A stretch of 64,000 bases of DNA from a virus (lineage: Duplodnaviria > Caudoviricetes). The notes under the pieces were generated by a model that saw nothing but the letters and a program-made list of their open reading frames with translations, made no database searches and was not told the DNA's origin. Both the position numbers and the translations under genes were made by a program. The stretch is from IMG/VR virus record IMGVR_UViG_3300035182_001152; one strand, given 5' to 3'. Position 1 is the stretch's first letter. Every line of letters begins with the position of its first letter. Of the stretch, positions 37,875-46,698 are shown piece by piece.

Positions 37875-38453
37875 ATGAACCTCACTGCAATCAATAACGT
37901 AATCATATTCAAATTCGTAGACGCTGTAAATGCCAAGGGCGAGTTCGAAAAAGCCGCCACTGAGTCAGGGATCATCCTGAAGGGTAGTGTAGACGACAGC
38001 GCAAAGTCCCCTCGTTGGGCAACTGTGACACACGTTGGTCCAGATTGCAAGGTTAATGTGGGGGATCAGATTCTGATCCCCAACCTTCGCTGGACAAATG
38101 GCTTCAAGGTCGACGGTGTGTATCACTGGAAGACGGACCAAACGCAAATCGCGGCTGTCCGCTCTGCGGAAACAGGTAAACTGAAGGCGGCAAATGACTA
38201 TGTGGTGTTCGTTAAGAACAAGCCATCATCTTCATTCACCAGCCAATCCGGCCTGTTGATCATGTCAGCCCCGACAACAGACACCCCGAGCGGTCGTGCT
38301 CTGTCAATCGGCCCTGATGCGGATCCGGAATTGGCTGATTCCACCATCTACTACAGCGACATCAACTTCACGAACGACTTTACTCACGGGTCTGTTTCCT
38401 TGGCTTTCGTCAAGGAAGAAGAAATCTTCGTGTACGTTCCTGCTGGAGAATAA
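37875..38453 (+). CDS. groES: Co-chaperonin with two tandem GroES-like domains
   Basis: Domain 1 NNVIIFK...TESGIIL...ATVTHVGP...VGDQIL; domain 2 NDYVVFVK...SQSGLLI...GRALSIGP...KEEEIF. Confidence 0.7.
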   Translation: MNLTAINNVIIFKFVDAVNAKGEFEKAATESGIILKGSVDDSAKSPRWATVTHVGPDCKVNVGDQILIPNLRWTNGFKVDGVYHWKTDQTQIAAVRSAETGKLKAANDYVVFVKNKPSSSFTSQSGLLIMSAPTTDTPSGRALSIGPDADPELADSTIYYSDINFTNDFTHGSVSLAFVKEEEIFVYVPAGE

Positions 38454-38455
38454 TC

Positions 38456-39835
38456 ATGTTTTTCATCGGCTTGCTGATGCTGTCAACGACAGCAATCGCA
38501 TTCGCTGCTGCATACTTTAGCGTCTATGGCCTAGCAAACACCTTTGCCGGTGTTTTCTGGTCTGTAGTCGTCATGGGCGCATCTTTGGAGGCCGGCAAGC
38601 TGGTCGCCGCCTCATACCTGTACCGCTATTGGTCAACTACCAACGTTGTCCTGCGTACCTACCTGATGGCGGGGGTGGCGGCACTAATGATCTTGACGTC
38701 AACGGGTATCTTTGGTTATCTGTCGACTGGCTATCAACAGGATGTGTTGCCCCTGCAGCAGAAAACTGAACAGATCAAACTCCTCGAGGATGATCGTACC
38801 CGGTCTCTTGCTCGGAAGACTCAGATCGATACACTAATTGCCGGTGGACCTTCACTGACAAACCTAAACCGTGCCAACGGTACGATCGACCCAAACGCAG
38901 CCCGCACCCTCCGCGAAACAACGAAGGCTCGCGCATCGATGGTCGCTCAGTACAAGGATGAACAGGTGCAAGTAACGAAGCACATCGCTGATTTGGACAC
39001 TCAACTGCTGTCCCTTAAGCAGGATGTACTCAAGGTACAGGCACACGTTGGCCCAATCATCTACATTGCGCAAGCCTTTGGTCTACCTGCAGACGACGCA
39101 ACGAAGTACCTGATCTTCATCATTATCTTCGCATTCGACCCGATGGCCGTCGCAATGACCCTCGCAACGAACAATGCACTGCGTCTGCGCAAGGAAGAGA
39201 AGGACTCAAAGGAGGCTGGTGCGATCACACCGCCAGCTGCTGAGCCTGAGCTACCTACACCGATCCCCGAAGAGGTCCAACCTGAACCAGCGCCAGTAGT
39301 TGATGAAGTGCAGCCAGCGCCAGTAGCGGAAGAGGTGCAACCACTTGCAGACGCCATTGGTCCTAACCCAAATGAGGTGCTGTATGATTGGGTTCAAAAT
39401 CATGGTACAGCAGAGCCGTCCGCAGATGAGATTGTTGACGACTGGGTCCGAAATCACCCAAGGTACGATCCGGCCGTACACGAAAGTGCACAAGAACAGC
39501 CAGAAGTAACTGTTTCTGAGCCTGCTGTACATGAAATTGAGCAACCAGAGCCAGAAGTAACTGTTTCTGAGCCAGAGGCAAAAGCGGAAGAAGCTCATGA
39601 GCCTGAGCCGGCACCCGTGCAACCTGTGATCAGCCAGGGCCGTCGCTTCCGTCCTGCGCACGATCGCTGGTCGGACATGGATCACTCTGGTACGAAAATG
39701 CGAGAGCTGATCAATCACCACAAGTACCTGAAGGCTAAGCAAGATAACGGTGACACGCTGTCCGCTGAGGAAGCCTGGGAACTAAATGCAATCGAAGCTG
39801 TGCTTCGCAAGCACGGGGTTGACATGTATCTTTGA
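38456..39835 (+). CDS. Membrane protein (several TM segments, coiled coil, acidic Pro-rich tail)
   Basis: Hydrophobic N-terminal helices, LEAGKLV, IFAFDPMAV; 25-bp direct repeat at 39498-39522 and 39549-39573. Confidence 0.75.
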   Translation: MFFIGLLMLSTTAIAFAAAYFSVYGLANTFAGVFWSVVVMGASLEAGKLVAASYLYRYWSTTNVVLRTYLMAGVAALMILTSTGIFGYLSTGYQQDVLPLQQKTEQIKLLEDDRTRSLARKTQIDTLIAGGPSLTNLNRANGTIDPNAARTLRETTKARASMVAQYKDEQVQVTKHIADLDTQLLSLKQDVLKVQAHVGPIIYIAQAFGLPADDATKYLIFIIIFAFDPMAVAMTLATNNALRLRKEEKDSKEAGAITPPAAEPELPTPIPEEVQPEPAPVVDEVQPAPVAEEVQPLADAIGPNPNEVLYDWVQNHGTAEPSADEIVDDWVRNHPRYDPAVHESAQEQPEVTVSEPAVHEIEQPEPEVTVSEPEAKAEEAHEPEPAPVQPVISQGRRFRPAHDRWSDMDHSGTKMRELINHHKYLKAKQDNGDTLSAEEAWELNAIEAVLRKHGVDMYL

Positions 39836-39860
39836 CCGTTGAAGTTCTCCTCGGTAATCT
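39832..39860 (+). promoter_or_regulatory. Sigma70-like promoter
   Basis: TTGACC-17 nt-TAATCT upstream of clamp loader. Confidence 0.5.
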
Positions 39861-39896
39861 GTATAGTTTGAATACAAGCCGAGGAGAATAACGACA

Positions 39897-40832
39897 ATGG
39901 CAGCACAAAATAACCACTCGCTCTGGGTGGAAAAATACCGTCCTCAAACGGTTGATCAGTACGTTTTCCATGACCCACGCCAGAAGAGCGCTGTAGAGAA
40001 CATGATCAAGGAAAAGTCAATCCCTCAACTGCTGCTCTCGGGCGTACAGGGCAGCGGAAAGACGACGCTAGCGCAGATTCTCATCCGCGCAATGGGCCTT
40101 GATGACATGGACGTACTGACGATCAATGCCTCCGACGAGCGTGGCATTGATACATTCCGCAATACGATCAAGAACTTCGCCCTCTCAATGGCGATGGGTC
40201 GCTTCAAGATCATCCACCTTGAAGAAGCGGACAAGCTAACACCTGATGCACAGGCAGCTCTCAAGCGATTCATGGAAGAAACGAGCGAATTTGTTCGCTT
40301 CATTCTGACATGCAATAATGTCAGCAAGGTGATCGCTCCAATTCGGTCTCGGTGCCAGGAGTACTACTTCCGTGGCGGCGACGTCAATGACGTAACGGAA
40401 TATGCACTTCGCGTTCTGTGTGCTGAAAAGGTCAAGTTTGACCTCGATCTACTTGACAAGTATGTAGCGAATGGCTATCCTGATGTTCGCAAGATCATCA
40501 ACCTCCTCCAACAGAACACGATCAACGGTGAGTTGCAGCCTCCTGTATCCAGCGGTGAAACTGGCGACTACAAGTTCCAGCTACTCGACTCGCTGGAGGC
40601 AGACAAGTGGGTTGAAGCACGGAAGCTCGTGTGCGCAACGGTAACGTCGGATGAGTGGGAAGGTGTGTATCGATTCTTGTACGAGAACCTACATCGCGCA
40701 CCATCGTTCTCAAAGAAGGACAAGTGGGAAGAGGCGATCATCATCGTCGCTGAACACCTATACAAAAACACGATTGTTGCTGACCCTGAGATCAATGCAG
40801 CAGCGATGTTCATTCGCCTGGGTCAGATCTGA
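39897..40832 (+). CDS. gp44: Clamp loader AAA+ subunit (gp44/RFC-like)
   Basis: LWVEKYRP, GVQGSGKTT, INASDERGID, LEEAD, IRSRC. Confidence 0.93.
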   Translation: MAAQNNHSLWVEKYRPQTVDQYVFHDPRQKSAVENMIKEKSIPQLLLSGVQGSGKTTLAQILIRAMGLDDMDVLTINASDERGIDTFRNTIKNFALSMAMGRFKIIHLEEADKLTPDAQAALKRFMEETSEFVRFILTCNNVSKVIAPIRSRCQEYYFRGGDVNDVTEYALRVLCAEKVKFDLDLLDKYVANGYPDVRKIINLLQQNTINGELQPPVSSGETGDYKFQLLDSLEADKWVEARKLVCATVTSDEWEGVYRFLYENLHRAPSFSKKDKWEEAIIIVAEHLYKNTIVADPEINAAAMFIRLGQI

Positions 40833-40863
40833 CTCTGCGCCAACAGTTAAACAAGGAGACAAC

Positions 40864-41232
40864 ATGACCACAGATCTATCAAACTTTGGGATTTCAACGC
40901 AGGGCGCACTGTCAGCGTCCGACGCGATCGTGGGCGCCAAGCTTTACACAGTTGCCCCGTCACCGTTCGGCGTAGTTGCTACGCCGAATAGCTTCGACCC
41001 CGTGCATCTACTACAACGGATTGATGCATTGGAGACTCGACTCCGAGCAGTAGAGGGCAGGTATGACTCAGGTCAGGATGACCCCAGCTACTTCACAAAG
41101 TCATTCAACACAACCAAGCAAATCACAGAAGATTACACCTCTGGCTTTAGCTCCGGTCGCTCCTCTTTAGTCGAGCACCTACCAAACGATCATGTGTATG
41201 CATACGATCAAGCAATGAAGGTGGTGAAGTAA
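40864..41232 (+). CDS. Hypothetical protein (122 aa)
   Basis: AAGGAG SD before ATG 40864. Confidence 0.65.
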   Translation: MTTDLSNFGISTQGALSASDAIVGAKLYTVAPSPFGVVATPNSFDPVHLLQRIDALETRLRAVEGRYDSGQDDPSYFTKSFNTTKQITEDYTSGFSSGRSSLVEHLPNDHVYAYDQAMKVVK

Positions 41233-41234
41233 TA

Positions 41235-41786
41235 ATGAAAATGTGTCCCTCATGCACGAAGTTATTAGCAGTGGACCTGTTTGCTAGGGATAAAACCCGC
41301 GGTGATGGTCTTGCCCGTAGCTGCAAAGCGTGCACGAAGACATATCGTCAGAAGTGGCTTGCCACAAAGAATGAGACCCAACGAAGCCAAATGCGGTTGG
41401 ATATCAAGCGCTGGGGATTGGAAAACCCAGCCCAGAAGTTGTTGCTTGATCGCCAGTATAGAAAGACTCAGCGTTACAAAAGAACTCAGAGTGAGTACCT
41501 TAAACGTTGGAGACCAAGTAATAAGCACATAGTTAATGCTGCTCATGCACGACGCCGAGCTCAGCAACTACGGGCAATTCCCATCTGGTTTGAAGCAGAT
41601 CAGGTGAAAGAAGTTTACAACCAAGCTAATAGACTATCTAAGCTGTTCGGCAAACGCTTCCACGTAGATCATATAATTCCGTTGATGAATCCCACGGTAT
41701 GTGGACTTCATTGTTGGCATAATCTTCAAGTGCTAGATGCCCAACTTAATTTGAACAAAACCAATTCATACCAACACGATTGGTGA
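41235..41786 (+). mobile_element. HNH homing endonuclease
   Basis: KMCPSC...CKAC; AIPIWFE...FHVDHIIPLMNPTVCGLHCWHNLQVL...NLNKTN. Confidence 0.85.
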
Positions 41787-42142
41787 AGGAGAATATCATA
41801 GCTAGAAGAAAAAAGCCTGAGGGCGAAACTCCCGACGAAGCCGTCGTACGACACCGGCTTGAGCAGATTGCTGACAACGCAACGCGTAGTGAAAAGGTGT
41901 CCTGGGACCGCAAGATGGATAACATGGTTTCGCTGATCGCGAAACTGCGACCAATCGAAGATCAGACCCTCGATCTGATGGCACAGAAGGTTCCCATTCT
42001 CGATGAGATTGAGATCCTTCGACGTGAGATGGTTCGCGAATGCGTCCATCCATACACACACCTCGTCGATCACGAAGGTACGGTGAAGTGCAACTTCTGT
42101 TCCAAACGTTTTGGACTTGTAAATGGTGGAACGCAAACTTGA
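41780..42142 (+). CDS. Hypothetical protein with C-terminal CxH...CxxC zinc motif; start uncertain
   Basis: ECVHP...VKCNFC; best SD (AAGGAG 41786-41791) points to ATA at 41798. Confidence 0.65.
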   Translation: MVKENIIARRKKPEGETPDEAVVRHRLEQIADNATRSEKVSWDRKMDNMVSLIAKLRPIEDQTLDLMAQKVPILDEIEILRREMVRECVHPYTHLVDHEGTVKCNFCSKRFGLVNGGTQT

Positions 42143-42665
42143 TATCTTCCGAGTCCTTGATGCAGCAGACGCCAAGGACGAGGAGTTCTTCAGGAAGCTG
42201 ACAGATGAGGAACGGAAGGGACTCCAACCGTTCCTCATCTCACGTTGGATGTCTGGTACTTCCAACGCTGCTCAGATCGTCCTAATCAACGAATTCCTCA
42301 ACCCGTACGCGTTTTCACTAACACGACACAAAGAGCTGCTTTGGCAATTGCTAACTGTTGTTAACAGCGGAAGACGGCAGCGTTATGTGTGGAATAAACT
42401 TCCTGCAAAACGTGAGTCGGGGAAGCCAAACGCCCTACGCGCTGTTCGTGAATACTACAAATACAGCACTCGAGATGCAGTTGATGCACTCGAGATTCTC
42501 TCACGCGACCAAGTTATCAACCTTGCAGAACAGCTAGGATGGCAGCCTGATGACATCGCAAAGATCAAACGTGAGTTGAAGGTTGGCAAGGAAACGGATG
42601 ATACTGAAAAGCCGGTGAAGAAAGGCAAGAAAGCCACGCCGGTAGACAACCTACTGGAATATTGA
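42123..42665 (+). CDS. gp62: Clamp loader small subunit, T4 gp62-like
   Basis: PFLISRWMS...LINEFLN...LLWQLL...VREYYKYSTRDA..ALEIL; near gp44. Confidence 0.65.
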   Translation: MVERKLDIFRVLDAADAKDEEFFRKLTDEERKGLQPFLISRWMSGTSNAAQIVLINEFLNPYAFSLTRHKELLWQLLTVVNSGRRQRYVWNKLPAKRESGKPNALRAVREYYKYSTRDAVDALEILSRDQVINLAEQLGWQPDDIAKIKRELKVGKETDDTEKPVKKGKKATPVDNLLEY

Positions 42666-42914
42666 CGGAACACGTATACACCGCGAATGGTCTGCACCCA
42701 TCTCGTAACGTATTCAAGCGAAATGAAAATGGAAGCGTTGTACTAATGCTGACACGTCAGTGCTACGGGGAACCGCATTCAATTTGAAACTCTGCTGGCA
42801 TCTGATGTTGAATATCTGACAGAACACAGATGGAATGTCGACAAGTTGATCACTGAATTCTCCGTGTACGACATTAAGGTGTTGCACGATAGTTCATGGA
42901 TTGACGCTAAGTAA
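42662..42914 (+). pseudogene. Possible frameshifted relic of an HNH/AP2-type endonuclease N-terminus
   Basis: RNVFKRNENGSVVLMLT then +1 frame GNRIQFETLLASDVEYLTEHRW; weak similarity recognised by eye. Confidence 0.35.
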
Positions 42915-42926
42915 GGAACAACACAC

Positions 42927-43652
42927 GTGTTGAGAACAACGCTAGAGCACATGCAAAACACTCGCCGTCCCACAATCGAATCGCGGTTCACATGCCGCGC
43001 GTGCCACAAGGTGTTTGTCCTTGAGGATCGATTCCTGGCGCACGAGTGTAAGCAAATGAAACGTGAGGCAGAGCTGAAGTCTCCCGTCGGACAAATAGCT
43101 CTGCACTATTACCAGCTGTGGATGCGGGCTCAAAAACGTCTACCGCCACCAGCAGGTTCTTTCCTCGCTTCAAAGTACTTTCGCACATTCATTAACTTCG
43201 TCAAGTTCTGTCAACGTGTTGAACTGCCGCGGGTAGAGAAGTTCATTTGGCTAATGGTGACGAAGAACTATCCACCAACAATGTGGATGAACGATGATGT
43301 GTATGCGATTTACTTGGAATTCTGCGATCGAAAGACACCACCTTTGGATCAGGCGACACTATCAATCGATACGCTGATGAAGTATGCGGACACAAATGAA
43401 TTCGAGCTCCATGGGGTGTTTGATAAGATGCCAATCCAGACGATGATTCACCTGATTCAGGTGCGAAAGTTGTCCCCTTGGTTATTGCTATTCAGTAAAT
43501 CGTTCAAGAATGCATTCATCAACAGGACCAATCCTGAGCAGAAAGTGATTCTGGAACACATGATTCGGCCTGAGTATTGGCCGGACAAAATGGCGCAATA
43601 CCCTGCTGAGGTGGCTAAGATCAAGACGCTTGTCACCGCTATGGGGATCTGA
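42927..43652 (+). CDS. Hypothetical protein with C2H2-like zinc finger
   Basis: FTCRACHKVF...FLAHEC. Confidence 0.7.
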   Translation: MLRTTLEHMQNTRRPTIESRFTCRACHKVFVLEDRFLAHECKQMKREAELKSPVGQIALHYYQLWMRAQKRLPPPAGSFLASKYFRTFINFVKFCQRVELPRVEKFIWLMVTKNYPPTMWMNDDVYAIYLEFCDRKTPPLDQATLSIDTLMKYADTNEFELHGVFDKMPIQTMIHLIQVRKLSPWLLLFSKSFKNAFINRTNPEQKVILEHMIRPEYWPDKMAQYPAEVAKIKTLVTAMGI

Positions 43653-43672
43653 CGTACGGTGAGACTGCTGAC

Positions 43673-43679
43673 ATAAATA
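43673..43679 (+). promoter_or_regulatory. Late promoter (ATAAATA) heading the fibre/radical SAM operon
   Basis: ACATAAATA 28 nt upstream of 43708. Confidence 0.7.
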
Positions 43680-43707
43680 AGGTGAACACACTCTATCGAG
43701 GAACGCC

Positions 43708-45036
43708 ATGTCAGCATATCAAATCGACTTCTCAGATCCACTCAAGAATGGTTTTGCCATTTCTGATGGTAGCTTTAACGGCCCAGGTGGCTCCTCTGCA
43801 AATACATCGCTACGGTTGTATGGCCGTGGCGCACGTGAATGGGGTGAGGCAGTTGACGAGGATTTGGTCCGTCTGACTGAAAACTTCGCTGCTGCTTCAG
43901 CACCAAGCGTGCCGATTGCAGGCCAATTCTGGGTTGAATCATCTCTGTACTACCGCGACACATCGCTGGGAAGCGTTCTGCAAGGTTGGTACTTCTACGA
44001 CGTCAATTCTGTAGCAACGAACAAGTGGACACTTCTTGGAGGCACTGGCGTTGTCTCTGGTACAGCTCCTCTGTCGCCAGTTGAAGGACAGTACTACTAT
44101 GACGGTGGTGTTAACCAGCTGCAGGGCTATTTCTCACTTGGCCGCTATGAACCTCTGACATGGGTCACTCGTTCCAGCATGTCAGGTACAGGTGCTCCCG
44201 TATCGCCAGCCGTAGTCCCTCTCCAACAACTTCGTGTGTGGAACGCAGGCACAAGCGCATGGGTTTCCCCTTCTGTCACAGCTGTCACTGGTGGCACCCC
44301 ACCAGTTGGTGCTGTAGTGGGTTCGTTGTGGTTTAACACCACTACAGGTAACCTGCTTGTTTGGACGGGGGCGCAATGGCAACAACTGGTAGGTCCTGCC
44401 ATTTCTGGCGGGACATCAGCTGTCTCTGGTATTCTGAACATGAATACCTACAAGATCACCAACCTCGGCGCCCCGTCAGTTAGTACCGACGCCGCAACCA
44501 AGGGATACGTTGACAGTGTTGTTGGCGGCGTCGGTGGCTTCCTACCGCTAACAGGTGGTAGTCTGGCTGGTCCAGGCAATCTGAGTGTTGGTGGCACGTT
44601 GAACGTTGCAGGACTGGCTACTCTCGGCTCGGGCTACGTAAACTCAACGTTCTACGCTAACGTTGCTACGTTTGGTAGCACGGCAACTTTCAACTCAGGT
44701 CTGACATCTGTTGGTACAATTAACATCACCACTGGTAGCCTAAACGTCGCTGCTGGCGGCGGTAGCTTCAACGGCACGGTCAACGTGAACGGCTACAAGA
44801 TTGTCAATCTTGCAACTGGTACAAACGCCAACGACGCTGTTAACGTAGCACAAATGAATGCTGCCATTGCGGCTGGTGGTGTGGGTGCAACAACACCTGT
44901 AATCTACACCTCAGGCACTTATAAGGCTGGCGACATCTGCATTACCGGCGGTAAGATCTACATAGCAGTCGGTGGCGGTAGCGGTATCGCCCCGGGTGGT
45001 AACTGGAAACAAATCTGGCCTGCAACATACAGCTAA
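43708..45036 (+). CDS. Fibre-like virion protein
   Basis: N-terminal TSLRLYGRG..EWGE...LTENFA...P.P.AGQFW domain (paralog of 53654); Trp repeats; KITNLGAP..STDAATKGYVD and KIVNLATG..NDAVNVAQM fibre motifs. Confidence 0.8.
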   Translation: MSAYQIDFSDPLKNGFAISDGSFNGPGGSSANTSLRLYGRGAREWGEAVDEDLVRLTENFAAASAPSVPIAGQFWVESSLYYRDTSLGSVLQGWYFYDVNSVATNKWTLLGGTGVVSGTAPLSPVEGQYYYDGGVNQLQGYFSLGRYEPLTWVTRSSMSGTGAPVSPAVVPLQQLRVWNAGTSAWVSPSVTAVTGGTPPVGAVVGSLWFNTTTGNLLVWTGAQWQQLVGPAISGGTSAVSGILNMNTYKITNLGAPSVSTDAATKGYVDSVVGGVGGFLPLTGGSLAGPGNLSVGGTLNVAGLATLGSGYVNSTFYANVATFGSTATFNSGLTSVGTINITTGSLNVAAGGGSFNGTVNVNGYKIVNLATGTNANDAVNVAQMNAAIAAGGVGATTPVIYTSGTYKAGDICITGGKIYIAVGGGSGIAPGGNWKQIWPATYS

Positions 45037-45045
45037 AGCATAAAC

Positions 45046-46455
45046 ATGCCTCAAATCTCTACAACAACATCCGTTCCATCTGGATATGTAATCAGCACGA
45101 TGCAATCAGTCATCACTGCACTGATTGCAGCAATGGCAAGCGGCCAGACGGTGTATGCGTCTGACATTCGCTCAATGAACTCGAGTGTCTATGATCTCTG
45201 GCGAACCCACGCTCACACGGTGACAGACCGCCAAGGTATCGACACTTACGGTAACTTGACCGTGTACGGTAGCGGAGGAACGTCTATCGTCAACACCGCT
45301 TCAAACCTTGCGCTTGGCGCCGTGACAACTCCCTCTGGCATCGCTGCAGATCAAGTGATTACAGCCGCAGACATCAACGTGATGATTAACATGGTCAATT
45401 CCATGCAGTCACACACCCATACGATCACTGATAGTATCGGTGCTATATACTCGTCTCCAAACATCAATTTCTATTTCAATGGTTCTCCTAATCTGATCTC
45501 GGGTACAGACAGTGATGGCACTACCGGTGGCGATTATGCGAACATAACGTTTAAGACAGACGGGACGCTATTTCCCGAGGCACGTGGCACGTATTACTAC
45601 GGTGCAGTACAAGCTAACAACTGGATGACAAACAGCCCTGTTGATGCATTAACAGCTACAGGTTACCAGATTAAGGCACACATGGTAAGCGCAGATCTGG
45701 GGTATTGTCACTGGGGTGCTGGAACGTTTGACGCATGGTTGAATCTTGGTGTTAGTAACCTTGTTTGGTCGTGGGTGCAAAACAACGCGGGCGACTACGG
45801 TCAAGCAGTTGTTCAATTCCAAATCCGCGACATTAACACGCTAACGATTCTTGTTGACACACATGTGACTTTTCAAACCGGCTTTATTGCACCACTATCA
45901 CACTGCTGCTTCCCTGCGGATTCTTTCGTCTTAATGGACGATGGTAAGTGGAAGAAGATTCAAGACGTGAAGGCGGGTGATGTTGCCATGGGTATGGGCA
46001 AGCCCGTGATGATCAACAGCGTAGAGAAGCCACGTCTAGGCGAGCGCAGGATGATGCAATTTGGCGACAAGTCGCTGGCGTGGTCAGAAGAACACGCAAT
46101 GTGGACCCGCGACAACGCAGGTTCACAGTGGTGGTGGTCTGCTAACGCTGATATGTGGCGTGCTGAAGTGAGTGTAGGCGTAATGGGCGGGTTGAAGGAC
46201 AACTCAACGATGCGCTCTGGTACCAATGTGTCTGACTGGGCTCACCTGGATGGCTGGAAGGCTAATACTGTGACTACGATCCCTGCAGACGCAACGACTC
46301 CATTGTATCTCCCACGCACGGGCGGTTCTCCTATTATCGTCAACGGCTACGTTGTTGGCGCTGGTGTTGATGAAACCGGCTTTGAGTACTCAAAGCTGGA
46401 CTGGGATGCTGTACGCGCAATGCTTCCTGTTGTTGACCCACTCCCAACAGCGTAA
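45046..46455 (+). CDS. Hint (Hedgehog/BIL-type) domain protein
   Basis: Hint starts at Cys288 (45907): CFPADSFVLMDDGKWKKIQDVKAGDV; block B-like SEEH; ends IIVNGYVVGA without terminal HN. Confidence 0.8.
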   Translation: MPQISTTTSVPSGYVISTMQSVITALIAAMASGQTVYASDIRSMNSSVYDLWRTHAHTVTDRQGIDTYGNLTVYGSGGTSIVNTASNLALGAVTTPSGIAADQVITAADINVMINMVNSMQSHTHTITDSIGAIYSSPNINFYFNGSPNLISGTDSDGTTGGDYANITFKTDGTLFPEARGTYYYGAVQANNWMTNSPVDALTATGYQIKAHMVSADLGYCHWGAGTFDAWLNLGVSNLVWSWVQNNAGDYGQAVVQFQIRDINTLTILVDTHVTFQTGFIAPLSHCCFPADSFVLMDDGKWKKIQDVKAGDVAMGMGKPVMINSVEKPRLGERRMMQFGDKSLAWSEEHAMWTRDNAGSQWWWSANADMWRAEVSVGVMGGLKDNSTMRSGTNVSDWAHLDGWKANTVTTIPADATTPLYLPRTGGSPIIVNGYVVGAGVDETGFEYSKLDWDAVRAMLPVVDPLPTA

Positions 46456-46476
46456 GGTAATAACGAGGGAACAGAT

Positions 46477-46680
46477 ATGTCAGAAAACCTAAGTACAAAA
46501 ACGACGACATCCCCTGCGGTTCCGAATGTGAACCCAGGAGACCCAATTACGTCTACCACGTTTGAAGCAATGCTGAACGTGTTGAACGAACTCGTGAACC
46601 ACACTCACATTTTCTACGACGACTACAGCACTGCGTGCAACTGTAACTGCAACTGCGCCTGTTCACGCGGCATCCTCTAA
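46477..46680 (+). CDS. Cys-rich peptide, candidate radical SAM substrate (C-terminal CNCNCNCAC)
   Basis: GAGGGA SD, 67 aa, five Cys in the last 14 residues, directly upstream of radical SAM genes. Confidence 0.8.
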   Translation: MSENLSTKTTTSPAVPNVNPGDPITSTTFEAMLNVLNELVNHTHIFYDDYSTACNCNCNCACSRGIL

Positions 46681-46698
46681 CAGAGGCGTTATAACCAT

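Noticed and set aside
39498-39573. 25-bp direct repeat in the membrane protein gene
   Set aside because: In-frame duplication (PEVTVSEP) in a low-complexity tail; not a mobile element end
33463-46455. Hint domain at 45907 as the partner of the orphan N-intein at 33463
   Set aside because: It has its own block A cysteine, so it is not a C-half, and it is not followed by nucleotidyltransferase sequence
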